Below, piece after piece: positions 54,734 to 64,000 of a DNA stretch of 64,000 nt. Within the stretch, counting starts at the first letter, position 1; each line of letters starts with the position of its first letter. The notes beneath the pieces are model-generated. The model was not told the origin of the DNA, did no database searches, and saw only the letters and a program-made list of their open reading frames with translations. The stretch is from IMG/VR virus record IMGVR_UViG_3300008117_000028. One strand, written 5' to 3'. The translations under genes and the position numbers were made by a program. This DNA comes from an uncultured virus (IMG/VR IMGVR_UViG_3300008117_000028) (taxonomy: Duplodnaviria; Heunggongvirae; Uroviricota; Caudoviricetes).

Positions 54734-55216
54734 TTACTCCGCCTTCCATACAGGTACAAATGAACCGTCAACGGTCTTAGTATACAATATCATGTTCTGT
54801 TTGAGAAGAGCCTGCAATTGTGTTTTTGATGGAAGGTCTTTAGTATATCCAGCTTCTAATATATATTCATGTAATTTAAGTATATCTGATTCACTAAACA
54901 TAAATTTATACCATTTACTATCTGGATTACTTATTGGATACACCTTCTGTGGCTCTTTAATTTTACCTTGAAGTATATATTCTTCAATAGTAACTTTATG
55001 TCTTCCTATTATTAATCCCACCTGTTTTATAGTATATGCGTTTTCCATATTTTTTTTAACATCTACATATGAATACAGCACTCTTTTTTTATCTGTATAG
55101 CACCAAGCAATTAACTCGTCTCTTGCTTTTGATAATCTAATTACTTTATGTAATTTATTATTCAAGAAGAAATAGAGAAATTTTTTGCGTATTCCCGATC
55201 TTGTTTTTCTAACCAT
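54734..55216 (-). CDS. MerR-like HTH DNA-binding protein
   Basis: YTIKQV...IGRH..TI..YI..G.I..P...FSESDI. Confidence 0.65.
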   Translation of the reverse strand: MVRKTRSGIRKKFLYFFLNNKLHKVIRLSKARDELIAWCYTDKKRVLYSYVDVKKNMENAYTIKQVGLIIGRHKVTIEEYILQGKIKEPQKVYPISNPDSKWYKFMFSESDILKLHEYILEAGYTKDLPSKTQLQALLKQNMILYTKTVDGSFVPVWKAE

Positions 55217-55371
55217 CTTCCAAATCTATTCGTTTCTTTGTTGATCATCCACCTTTTGCCACATAAAATACAGAATAGCTCTACATGAAGTTTTTGAGAA
55301 AATACTCTATCTACAAATACTCTGCCAGAACATTTAGCACACCACATTTTATACTTTGAACACCTTTCCAT
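55162..55371 (-). CDS. zinc-ribbon protein
   Basis: CAKC.GR.F.D...CI.CG.R. Confidence 0.65.
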   Translation of the reverse strand: MERCSKYKMWCAKCSGRVFVDRVFSQKLHVELFCILCGKRWMINKETNRFGRWLEKQDREYAKNFSISS

Positions 55372-56155
55372 CTACCACGCAAGAATAGTCTGGTGATATT
55401 TCAATAATTTGAACATGTGGCCATTTACCATTTTCAATATGTGCAATAGCAAATCCCTTTTGCCAATCATGGTGCTGAGAATACTTCATGCCAGAACTCT
55501 TTTCATCACACATATGTCCAATTTCGTACCCACGAATAGTTTCACCTTTGCCTTTATTCCTTAATTCATATGTTTGAAAGTGTGAAGCAATTCTATGTGA
55601 ATGTCCACGAATTAATGAAACCTGAAGATCATTCATATCTTTACGCACTGCACCAGTGTCTGCTACAGATAATCCGTGATGAACATGGATATCTCCATAA
55701 CGCTTTTTAGGTAATTCATTATAATAAATATAATCATAACCTAATGAATCTAAATTCCATAAAGATTCTGGTGTTACTGTTTTAATATAATCAGGAAGTT
55801 TTGCGTCTATATAATTAAAAATTCTAACATCATGATTTCCTAAAGCAGTAAATAATTCTGCATCCTTGCCAGCTACTTTTCTATTTTGAGCAAAAAAATC
55901 ACGAGCACCTTTTGCTTCATGTTGCATTAATGGAATAATGGCTGCGCCATTTTCATCTTTATACATCTTAAGAAACTCTGCTGATCTGCCTTCTGTATAT
56001 TTACTATAACAGGCTTGGTCGTCTGTATCTCCTAAAATATCTACAACATCTGGCTTGAACCATTTCATTACCTCAAACCAAAGCTTAATGGCTTTATCAT
56101 CTTGATACGGGAACTGTTGATCTGATGACAACATCCATTTTAGATCATTAGACAT
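55349..56155 (-). CDS. calcineurin-like metallophosphoesterase
   Basis: SD.QFP, LGD..D, GNHD, HG and GHSHR motifs. Confidence 0.85.
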   Translation of the reverse strand: MSNDLKWMLSSDQQFPYQDDKAIKLWFEVMKWFKPDVVDILGDTDDQACYSKYTEGRSAEFLKMYKDENGAAIIPLMQHEAKGARDFFAQNRKVAGKDAELFTALGNHDVRIFNYIDAKLPDYIKTVTPESLWNLDSLGYDYIYYNELPKKRYGDIHVHHGLSVADTGAVRKDMNDLQVSLIRGHSHRIASHFQTYELRNKGKGETIRGYEIGHMCDEKSSGMKYSQHHDWQKGFAIAHIENGKWPHVQIIEISPDYSCVVDGKVFKV

Positions 56156-56171
56156 CTATTATCCTTAAATT

Positions 56172-56196
56172 AAAAAAGTCACGGTTTCGTGACTTT
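56172..56196. terminator. intrinsic terminator
   Basis: AAAAAAGTCACG-GTTT-CGTGACTTT. Confidence 0.65.
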
Positions 56197-56241
56197 GTGC
56201 AATATGCTATATTTTAACATATTGTTATATCCTGTCAAGCA

Positions 56242-56670
56242 TTATATTGTTTTAAGTTGGGCTGCCATCCAATTAATTTTTATATCTCCAGTTGCTTTAG
56301 CATTGCTAGTAGCAACATAAATAGTTCCGCCTGTACCTGTAGAATTTTTAACTGCTGACACTGAGACTATTCCTAATGCTGCTGTTAATGCTTGTCCTAC
56401 AGACGCTACAAATCCAGTATCTGTTCCAGCAACAAATGATGATGTAAATGTTACTGTTTGATTTACTGGGGTGGTGCCTTTCAATGTTATTGTTACAAAA
56501 CCTTGATCAACAATTGCAACTCTATTTTGACCACTAGAATCTCTTGTAGCATTTAATAAAGACTTAGATGTTGTAAATACATCTGTTAGATTAGATTGTA
56601 ATTGATTTAAATCATTTGGGTCAAATGGAGCACCCTCATTAAATGTTACTGCTTTCCATTTTTCGGTCAT
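56242..56670 (-). CDS. probable minor tail/structural protein
   Basis: DLNQLQ.N...INWMA; beta-rich, at end of tail operon. Confidence 0.55.
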   Translation of the reverse strand: MTEKWKAVTFNEGAPFDPNDLNQLQSNLTDVFTTSKSLLNATRDSSGQNRVAIVDQGFVTITLKGTTPVNQTVTFTSSFVAGTDTGFVASVGQALTAALGIVSVSAVKNSTGTGGTIYVATSNAKATGDIKINWMAAQLKTI

Positions 56671-57074
56671 TATAAATTTTCTCCTAATTCATGCGAATTT
56701 GCTTCTGATTCGCTTACCTCTATAACCTTTGATCTATCTATTCCATATTTAATAAATGAATCTGGGTCTACTATATGCCTCTTTTTATTTTGAGATATTA
56801 AATACATTTTACCATCTGCTATGTTTTTTATCAAAGTTCCATCTCTAAATCCAAGCTTGCCAGCCAATTTAGTTAAACTTAATGCTTCTTCTGTTGCATT
56901 TACGGTATTAAATGCCCATGACTCCGCTGCTCTTTTAGATATAAGCCTATATCGTTTATTATCTTTTATCCAATAAACATCTTTAGATGTTTTAACAGCA
57001 ATTCCAGATGGAAAATTAGTTGGTGAGGTTACTAAGATGCTCTGAGTATTCTTCTTTAGCCTGTAATTTAGCAT
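56670..57074 (-). CDS. hypothetical protein with two internal repeats (Y.I...KR..I)
   Basis: ORF track 56670..57152; start trimmed to reduce overlap. Confidence 0.65.
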   Translation of the reverse strand: MLNYRLKKNTQSILVTSPTNFPSGIAVKTSKDVYWIKDNKRYRLISKRAAESWAFNTVNATEEALSLTKLAGKLGFRDGTLIKNIADGKMYLISQNKKRHIVDPDSFIKYGIDRSKVIEVSESEANSHELGENL

Positions 57075-57204
57075 TTTTTTCTTCCATAAGTTGAGTAATC
57101 TCTGCCCGTAAAATTGCAATTTGAGTTTCATAATTAGATACCATTTCTCCAATACGCTGTTGTAGGGCTGTTATTACTAAATTTGCCTTATTCTCCTGAC
57201 TCAT
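57016..57204 (-). CDS. coiled-coil hypothetical protein
   Basis: ORF track. Confidence 0.65.
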   Translation of the reverse strand: MSQENKANLVITALQQRIGEMVSNYETQIAILRAEITQLMEEKNAKLQAKEEYSEHLSNLTN

Positions 57205-57412
57205 TATTTACTTTCTCTAGTTCTGCTTGTAGCGCTTCTTTCTTTAAAAAAGCATTTTCTAATTGTATATTTAATGCATCTACTACTTCTTGATTAATTG
57301 GTGTGATAGCAGACTCTTGAATTATTAACATATTTATATTATAAATATTATTTACTACACTTTTTAAATGTTCATTTATAATAGCATTTTTTTCTGGTAC
57401 TGATAGCTCCAT
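57188..57412 (-). CDS. coiled-coil hypothetical protein
   Basis: ORF track. Confidence 0.65.
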   Translation of the reverse strand: MELSVPEKNAIINEHLKSVVNNIYNINMLIIQESAITPINQEVVDALNIQLENAFLKKEALQAELEKVNNESGE

Positions 57413-57687
57413 TAAATAACATCCTTTGTTTCAGTTATTGCTCCCCATTTACCCAAAGGACAACTAGCGTGTGGCAATTTAGCTTTTTCTGTCATAAAAC
57501 ATCCACATTTTTTACAAGTTTTTGATGCTTTAATTAATGATGGACAATTTAAACAATGATTTTCATATCTATATTTAAATGTTTCTTCATCTACTCTTCC
57601 AATTTTTGGATTTAATAAGTCCCAAGGGCGAACTTTGTCACCAGCATTTTTTTCTTTCCAAATTTGAAAAGGTGTTTTTTCTGACAT
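57412..57687 (-). CDS. Cys-rich DUF6171-like protein
   Basis: C..CP......C.KCGCFM..K..L..A.CP.GKW. Confidence 0.7.
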   Translation of the reverse strand: MSEKTPFQIWKEKNAGDKVRPWDLLNPKIGRVDEETFKYRYENHCLNCPSLIKASKTCKKCGCFMTEKAKLPHASCPLGKWGAITETKDVI

Positions 57688-57688
57688 A

Positions 57689-57937
57689 TTATTCCTCTAT
57701 TGGTTTAGGGCTAAAGGTATCAGTTTCTGCATCGTACAGTGCTCCTACTGAAACTATACCGCCTTCATCTGTATATAAATTTCCAGTTACATTTTTTATA
57801 ATTGGATTACTTGTAAATATTGCACCTAATCTTTCATCTGTGTGTAAAATATCTACAACTTCTCCATCAATAACAAATGCTATTTTTACTGGTGGTAGTT
57901 CTGGTCTTTGACCAGGCTCTAGTATTTCTTCTGCCAT
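57689..57937 (-). CDS. small tail-associated (chaperone-like) protein
   Basis: AF.IDGEVV...G..YD..T.TF; AAGGAG RBS. Confidence 0.6.
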   Translation of the reverse strand: MAEEILEPGQRPELPPVKIAFVIDGEVVDILHTDERLGAIFTSNPIIKNVTGNLYTDEGGIVSVGALYDAETDTFSPKPIEE

Positions 57938-57989
57938 TTTTCTCCTTTTTATATATTATACATAATATATTTATTTTTGTCTACAGCAA

Positions 57990-60440
57990 TTATGCTGAGA
58001 AATTGTCTAATTGATTACCTATTTTTTCAACTGCTGGAAGGCTAACTAGTCCTACAGATGTTCCTTTAGTGCCAGTATTTGTGGCAGATGTAGTATCAAA
58101 ATATGTGCCTACATATCCTAAAGCATTTATTGTATTTCCAGTAGTAACTGCAGCTACCTTTGTAATTGTTGGATACAATAGTTCGCTGTATTCAGATCCT
58201 GCTTGTGCAGCATAAGAACTAACAACGATTGAATTTTGTAATGTTAATGTTCCAGAAGAATATGAATATATACTTAAATTTGAATTATATGTATATGCAT
58301 CAGATTGTACTTCTTCTACCTCTTTCCAAGATTTATAAATTACTGCTCCTAAATATTGTCTAGTTTTATAATTATTATATGTTAATGTTGTACTTGTTTT
58401 AGTTTTCCATCTTGTTTGAGTTTCAGCAATTCTTGTTTTATATAAACTTGTAGTTGTTGCTGTACATGCTCCGCATCTTTGTCCTGGTCCAGATCCTTCT
58501 CCTGGACAATTTGATTGTCCAGTTATATAATTTGAACATAAATAACTTGAACTTGAACTAGATAAAGTATATGTAGAAGTATATGTAGTGGTAGTAGAAG
58601 TTGAACATGATGTACATCTTTGTCCTGGTCCAGATCCTGTTGCTGGTAATGGCGATGGACAAGAACCAGAACCAGAGACTTGTACGTTACATGAATAAGT
58701 TGTTGATGAAGTGCTAACTGTATACGAATATGTTGTAGTTGTAGATGGACATCTAACAAATCCTACGGCACATGCTGTATATCCAGCAGGTGCTCTAACG
58801 CATCCAGATGGGTCATTAGCGCCTGGAGTTTTACATGAACCATATGTTGTAGTTGTAGATGATGTACAACCACTACAGTTTTGTCCAGCACCAGTTGGAT
58901 CTGGTCTATACGTTGGGCAAGTAGCTGATCCAGTAATAGTAGATCCATTACATGGATATGTAGTGCTTCCAGTGCTTGATCTTACAAAATAAGAATATGT
59001 AGAAGAACTTGTAGAAGTTTCATTACAAGTGCTACATCTTTGACCGCTACCAGTTGGATCTGGTCTATATGAAATTCCTTCACAACAACCTTGTCCGTTA
59101 CATGATGCTGGTGAATTACATGGATAAGTTGTAGTTAAATAAGAATCTCTATAGCTATAGGCATATGAAGTTGAAACATTGCAATAACTACATTGATCAC
59201 CTATTGCTGATCCGCCATAATTAGAATCATTGCAAGGACCACTATTATTATAATATGATGGACATATTGCTACTACTTCACTATAACTTTCACATGCACA
59301 AAGTTGATTTGGTCCTGTTGGATCTGGCCTTATTAATAATCCGCTACAATCTGGCTGATTCAATGCCCAATCAGATGTACATACATATTCATAAGATTCT
59401 GTACAGGATCCTGAACAAACTGTATTTTCTCCGCCAGGCATTGCAGAGCTCCAATTTTCATATTCTGGACACGGATCTCCTGCATTTAATACTCTTACAT
59501 CATTAGTACATGAATAATTATATAAGCTAGATGTTGTTGTACATGCTGTACATCTTTTGCCTACATCAGAAATTGTATATGCAGATCCTTCAATATTAGC
59601 TGAAACATATGAAACGGCATTACATTCTTCTTCTGTTCCAGTTTTATTACTAGTACAATTGTATGCAAGTCCTGGTTCAATTTCATAAGAGTACTCTGGT
59701 ACTACTGCCCACCAAGAATTTGCAGATGCAACCCATACAGCAAGTCCTAGTCCACCACCTGATGTATCTATTGATGTATTTTGATTAGAAGAATTTAAAT
59801 CAACACTTTGTAGGGGATAACCACTTCCATTACTATTGTTTATTGCTTTTCCACCACTTACACTCCATGAACTTGTATTTCTAGCATAGGAGCTATAAAT
59901 AAATCCTCCGCTTGCAATACCTAATCCGCTTGTAGTTGTTCTATTGTTAAAGTTATCTTCTATACCTTGCATGGTAGCAGTCAGTGGATCACTGTAATAA
60001 TAATATTTAGTTATACCATCTGTTCCAGTAACTTCATCTCTTGAATAAAAAATGTTTGGTGGTGGAGTAGCATCTGTTTGGTCTATTGTATATGAAGATG
60101 TTGATTTAGTATTTCCATAAATTACCTCTTCGCTATATCCATCTCCTGGCAAAGTTTCATCTGTGGTATAAAATATTTTATTTACAATTGAATCATAATT
60201 GCTATATGTTCCTGGTGATTTGGTAATGCTTGTTCCAACTCTACCCGTTCCTGATAATGTAGGTCTAGTTAATTGTGTTGGTGAGTCAACTGTTCCAAAT
60301 GTTTTTGTCCACTCAGTTGGAGATATTTTTACATATATATTTTTTACTTTTTTCCAGGTACTTTGTGTTACTTTAACATATATATATTTTACAGCTTTCC
60401 ATGTACTTGGAGTAACCTTTAAATATGTTTTTGCTGTCAT
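57990..60440 (-). CDS. tail fibre/adhesin-like protein with long Cys-rich repeat region
   Basis: N-terminal Y.KV....WK.V repeats; repeated (RPDPT)G.GQ.C..C units; tail operon context. Confidence 0.7.
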   Translation of the reverse strand: MTAKTYLKVTPSTWKAVKYIYVKVTQSTWKKVKNIYVKISPTEWTKTFGTVDSPTQLTRPTLSGTGRVGTSITKSPGTYSNYDSIVNKIFYTTDETLPGDGYSEEVIYGNTKSTSSYTIDQTDATPPPNIFYSRDEVTGTDGITKYYYYSDPLTATMQGIEDNFNNRTTTSGLGIASGGFIYSSYARNTSSWSVSGGKAINNSNGSGYPLQSVDLNSSNQNTSIDTSGGGLGLAVWVASANSWWAVVPEYSYEIEPGLAYNCTSNKTGTEEECNAVSYVSANIEGSAYTISDVGKRCTACTTTSSLYNYSCTNDVRVLNAGDPCPEYENWSSAMPGGENTVCSGSCTESYEYVCTSDWALNQPDCSGLLIRPDPTGPNQLCACESYSEVVAICPSYYNNSGPCNDSNYGGSAIGDQCSYCNVSTSYAYSYRDSYLTTTYPCNSPASCNGQGCCEGISYRPDPTGSGQRCSTCNETSTSSSTYSYFVRSSTGSTTYPCNGSTITGSATCPTYRPDPTGAGQNCSGCTSSTTTTYGSCKTPGANDPSGCVRAPAGYTACAVGFVRCPSTTTTYSYTVSTSSTTYSCNVQVSGSGSCPSPLPATGSGPGQRCTSCSTSTTTTYTSTYTLSSSSSSYLCSNYITGQSNCPGEGSGPGQRCGACTATTTSLYKTRIAETQTRWKTKTSTTLTYNNYKTRQYLGAVIYKSWKEVEEVQSDAYTYNSNLSIYSYSSGTLTLQNSIVVSSYAAQAGSEYSELLYPTITKVAAVTTGNTINALGYVGTYFDTTSATNTGTKGTSVGLVSLPAVEKIGNQLDNFSA

Positions 60441-60443
60441 TAA

Positions 60444-62444
60444 TTACCAACTTATCCAAAGGTCTCCGACAAAGCCTGTGCTTGCTGATGGTGGGTTATT
60501 GGTTCCGCTACGAACTCCATAATAAACTCCAAGTCCACGTTTTAATTTATTATCATCATATGGATCTGCAATAATTACTCTATATCTTGCAGCCTTTCCA
60601 TAATTATATGTTGGGCCATTTGTACCAGTACTTGGATATCCACCACTAATATATTGTGTTATAGCAGTATTAGGTGCTCCGCTATTATTATATTCAAGGC
60701 TTCCTAAAGCTGTTAATCCATTTCCAACCCCAGGTATATTTTGAATTTCAACTCCGTCTGGAGTTAACTCTATTCTGGACAATGGAGTGTACGTAGATCC
60801 AGAACTTCCAGTATCTCCAGATTCTGTATCTATTTCAGTTGATGAAAATTCTAGTGGAACTACACCAGAGTATAAAGTAATTACATTACTACTAGATAAT
60901 GATTCTATTCTTGTATTAGCATCTCCTACAGTAAACTTTTCAGAATTCCATTTATTATATGATTCTTCTACAACAAAAGATGATCCTGTTATCGTAGACG
61001 CAGTAATATTTCCAGACATGCTAAGGTGTGAGCTATCATTTCCAGGGCTTGCTGTTAATGTAAATTTTCCAGTAGGAGATCCACCATTATAATGTGATAT
61101 TGATGAAGGGGTTAATCTAAAATGATATCCAGAACTACTTCCTAAAAATATATTTGGATCGCTTCCGCTATTAATTTTTAATGTTCCTGTTGAGTTTTGT
61201 AAATATGAACTTCCTAAATTCCAACCACCAATTTCTCCATAGGTTGATGTTAAGTATCCACTTTTTGAAACACTAAATGGAGCACTTGCAAAATCAGCAT
61301 GTCCTAGCCAAATTCCTGTTGCTGGTACCGCTTTAAATATGTCATTGCTAGAACCTATTTCTAAACTTCCAGTAAATGTTCCTGATCCTTTTATAGCAAG
61401 TGTTCCAGCTGTTCCGCTTGCCAAATATTCTAATAGTTTTGTTGTTCCATCTGTTCCATAAATAATAAATGGAGATGAACTGCCTGATATAACTACTCTT
61501 TGTCCGCCTGAAACACCTGCAGTAATTGATGCATCTGCAGTTATTATTCCAGTACTAATTTCGCTTGCTGGTAATTTAGAAACCGTAATAGGGTTTCCAT
61601 CTGCTGCTACTGGTTGTCCGTTTGCAGTACCACTAGCATTTACTGTGTCTATTTTTACATAATATGGAGTATTATAATCTAATGTTGTACCTAAAGATTT
61701 ATCAATAATAGTTCCAACACCTATTGAAACTTTATTTGATCCATTTGCAAAATTTAATGTATGCACCCAGTTATCATTGCTTGGAGTAAATCCTGCTGTA
61801 GTACCTATAAATACTTTTGCACCAGCAAAACTTCCTTTAGTAAAATCTACTGGATCTCCGTTTTCATCTAATCTTTTTCCATTCCATTCAACAATTACAG
61901 AAGCTAATCCAGCGGTTACTATTGGAATATCTGGATCTTCTGGGGAAAGAATTGTTTCTGTTATAGCTGGAACAATTACTGATCTTGGTAAACTTACAGC
62001 AGACTTAGCACCGTAACTTGATATAGCATATAACGCAACGGCATATTGTCCTGCAGGTGCGGCTATTGTTTGAGTTCCAGCTGTTTTAAAACTTCCTGCC
62101 GCTTTTTCGCCATCAAATGGAGAACCATCAATATAAATATCAACTCTATCTATATTTGTTATTGCTCTTCCTGCTGCGTCATTACCATTCCATGTTATTT
62201 TTATTAAACCTGGTTCTGCAGAAACGCTTCCTACTGGAAGATCTGGTGTTCCTGGTAATGTTTCTCCTGGGGTAGTTAATGTTTTTGATGCAGACCAAAG
62301 ACCAAATGTTCCATCTTTATATTTCCATCTAAATTGAATTGGATAATTTTTATTTAATTCAAGATCTGTAATAGTTACAACAAAATAGTTACCATTTTCG
62401 ATAGCTACTGATGTATCTTTTAATAGATCCTGATATGTTGTCAT
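60444..62444 (-). CDS. tail fibre/minor tail protein with FN3-like domains
   Basis: Beta-rich, G.IGGW.L, APFSV...G.L, C-terminal GDLW. Confidence 0.7.
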   Translation of the reverse strand: MTTYQDLLKDTSVAIENGNYFVVTITDLELNKNYPIQFRWKYKDGTFGLWSASKTLTTPGETLPGTPDLPVGSVSAEPGLIKITWNGNDAAGRAITNIDRVDIYIDGSPFDGEKAAGSFKTAGTQTIAAPAGQYAVALYAISSYGAKSAVSLPRSVIVPAITETILSPEDPDIPIVTAGLASVIVEWNGKRLDENGDPVDFTKGSFAGAKVFIGTTAGFTPSNDNWVHTLNFANGSNKVSIGVGTIIDKSLGTTLDYNTPYYVKIDTVNASGTANGQPVAADGNPITVSKLPASEISTGIITADASITAGVSGGQRVVISGSSSPFIIYGTDGTTKLLEYLASGTAGTLAIKGSGTFTGSLEIGSSNDIFKAVPATGIWLGHADFASAPFSVSKSGYLTSTYGEIGGWNLGSSYLQNSTGTLKINSGSDPNIFLGSSSGYHFRLTPSSISHYNGGSPTGKFTLTASPGNDSSHLSMSGNITASTITGSSFVVEESYNKWNSEKFTVGDANTRIESLSSSNVITLYSGVVPLEFSSTEIDTESGDTGSSGSTYTPLSRIELTPDGVEIQNIPGVGNGLTALGSLEYNNSGAPNTAITQYISGGYPSTGTNGPTYNYGKAARYRVIIADPYDDNKLKRGLGVYYGVRSGTNNPPSASTGFVGDLWISW

Positions 62445-62445
62445 A

Positions 62446-63513
62446 TTAGTTCCAGTCTAAATCCAATTTATATTCTATATCTAAAGATCTGCCAGCAACT
62501 TTTTTAATTCCATAAAAAGACCCATTACCAGAAACTGCTGCTGTATTGTTGCTTGATAAGGTTATGGTATTATCTTCAATATTTGTAATGGTTGCACCAG
62601 TTGCAATTCCAGTTCCTGATACCTTTTGTCCTATAAATAGGTTATTTATAGAGTCAACCTCTATTGTATTTTCTCCAGAAGATCCAGATATTGTTGTAGT
62701 ATTTATAACTACAGATCTACTGATTAATCCAAAAAATGGATCAAAGGTATCTTCATCATTAATTCTTAATCCGTCAAAACCAACATAGGTAGTGTCAGTT
62801 CCAGATGGAGTAATTGTAATACCAATTTTATTTATTAATGATTTATCTGGTGCTGGATTAGTTGCTCCTGCATATATTAATGACATGGAGATATCCTCTG
62901 TAATTTGATCTCCAGTTCCAGCAGGTGGTGTAATTTCATATTCAAAATATTCAGTGCTTGAGCTATAAAATTTAATTATTATAGATTCTAGATTATCGTC
63001 TATTTTTCTATATGCTAATCTTAAAGTATCGTTTACGCTATATCCAGATAAATCTAAATTTTCTATATTATAGAAATATTCATTTGAGGCTGGTCCATCT
63101 GACTGCATAACTATTATATTATTTCCTATTTTAGGATTATTGGTAGAAAAATCTGCTTTGAATAAGTCTTCATCTGTCCAGTCTAAATAGTTAGAAAAAT
63201 CTGTTAAAAATTTACTATCAAAATTATTAATTGAAGATCTATCAGATGGATACAATCCTATTTCATTTATTTCCCCTTCAACATCTTGAGGAATAGATGC
63301 TTTAAATATTACAGAATATGTCGATACATTATCAACTGTTTGAATTTCTGTTGATCCAAATAAAGCAGGTACTCTATAAAATTCAAATCCAAGTCTAGTA
63401 TCGTTTTCTGTTGCTTCTGTAAGATCTATACCTATTGCAATATCTTTATTTAAACTTTTTGTATTTCCTGCAATTAGATTAGTTAAAAATCTTTTTCCAA
63501 ATTTTGTAATCAT
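62446..63513 (-). CDS. probable tail/baseplate structural protein
   Basis: MITKFGKRF...L.FE..R...I.EIGL; GTGI..G.TIT.I...TITLS domain. Confidence 0.65.
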   Translation of the reverse strand: MITKFGKRFLTNLIAGNTKSLNKDIAIGIDLTEATENDTRLGFEFYRVPALFGSTEIQTVDNVSTYSVIFKASIPQDVEGEINEIGLYPSDRSSINNFDSKFLTDFSNYLDWTDEDLFKADFSTNNPKIGNNIIVMQSDGPASNEYFYNIENLDLSGYSVNDTLRLAYRKIDDNLESIIIKFYSSSTEYFEYEITPPAGTGDQITEDISMSLIYAGATNPAPDKSLINKIGITITPSGTDTTYVGFDGLRINDEDTFDPFFGLISRSVVINTTTISGSSGENTIEVDSINNLFIGQKVSGTGIATGATITNIEDNTITLSSNNTAAVSGNGSFYGIKKVAGRSLDIEYKLDLDWN

Positions 63514-63521
63514 TATTCTCC

Positions 63522-64000
63522 TTAAATTGGTGTAGAATATGATGAAGAATATTCTATTCCATTTGTTCCTGTAACTACTGCTTGTACTCTAAGCCATCTA
63601 AATGATGAAGTTGCATCAACATCTCCATCCCTTGAACTTACTCTATATGTTTTCATAACTCCACTATTTCCTATATTATAAGAACTAGTAGTTGAATATG
63701 TTTCTGATCCGCTTTCGAGTGCAGGAGCAGTGGGAGAGCTTGAAGAACTTATAATCCAATCATATCTTACTTCTGAAAATGATCCAAGTCCAGAAACATT
63801 GTTCCAACCCCAAGCTATTGATGTTCCATTTCGTTTGAAATAAACTGAAGGTGTTCCTGGTGTAGGCGCTGTAAACGCAACTGATTTATTTGTTGATTGT
63901 GGTGTTATTGCTGTAACTATAACACTTGGATTAAATATTCTAGCATCTACACCGTCAATATTTGATGGATTCTTGCTAGAGTTTCTTATTTTTAATATAG
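63522..64000 (-). CDS. partial structural protein (C-terminal part; runs off the window)
   Basis: Open frame from the window edge to TAA at 63524-63522. Confidence 0.65.
   Translation of the reverse strand, partial: ILKIRNSSKNPSNIDGVDARIFNPSVIVTAITPQSTNKSVAFTAPTPGTPSVYFKRNGTSIAWGWNNVSGLGSFSEVRYDWIISSSSSPTAPALESGSETYSTTSSYNIGNSGVMKTYRVSSRDGDVDATSSFRWLRVQAVVTGTNGIEYSSSYSTPI

Noticed and set aside
11072..62788. Many overlapping ORF-track entries (e.g. 11227+, 11539+, 22899+, 25224+, 48928+, 58711+, 60787+)
   Set aside because: Antisense or alternate-frame shadows of well-supported - strand genes, without RBS or recognisable motifs.
1..64000. Stop-codon reassignment, DGR/retron or integrase module
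   Set aside because: Long genes are intact in the standard code and TAA, TAG and TGA all end genes. No reverse transcriptase or integrase is visible.

Overview
64 kb of a large, AT-rich tailed dsDNA phage that probably infects Actinobacteria. The host inference rests on a WhiB factor, an Lsr2-like peptide, GAAAGGA Shine-Dalgarno sites and many leaderless genes. The DnaE/RecA/DnaB/Cas4-like/RuvC gene set resembles large actinophages, and a freshwater acI-type host is plausible but unproven. Layout: (1) 1-6921, a + strand block of small putative early genes with tRNA-Asp, a repeated promoter motif (TGTCRGT-N9-TANAAT) and a repeated extended RBS (AACGAAAGG). (2) 6922-7425, a non-coding, repeat-rich convergence zone. 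(3) 7426-64000, - strand genes: accessory/stress genes (KatG, four 2OG-Fe(II) oxygenases, thioredoxin, Hsp20, UV glycosylase), exported proteins, lysis genes, tRNA(CAT), a carbamoyltransferase/glycosyltransferase island, terminase, recombination/replication genes and tail genes. The most notable unannotated signal is a promoter-driven, structured ~125-nt RNA at ~4700-4827. Its predicted loop is the exact reverse complement of the RBS motif shared by six early genes, making it a candidate trans-acting anti-Shine-Dalgarno sRNA that shuts off the early regulon. All family assignments are by motif recognition only; no searches or folding programs were run.
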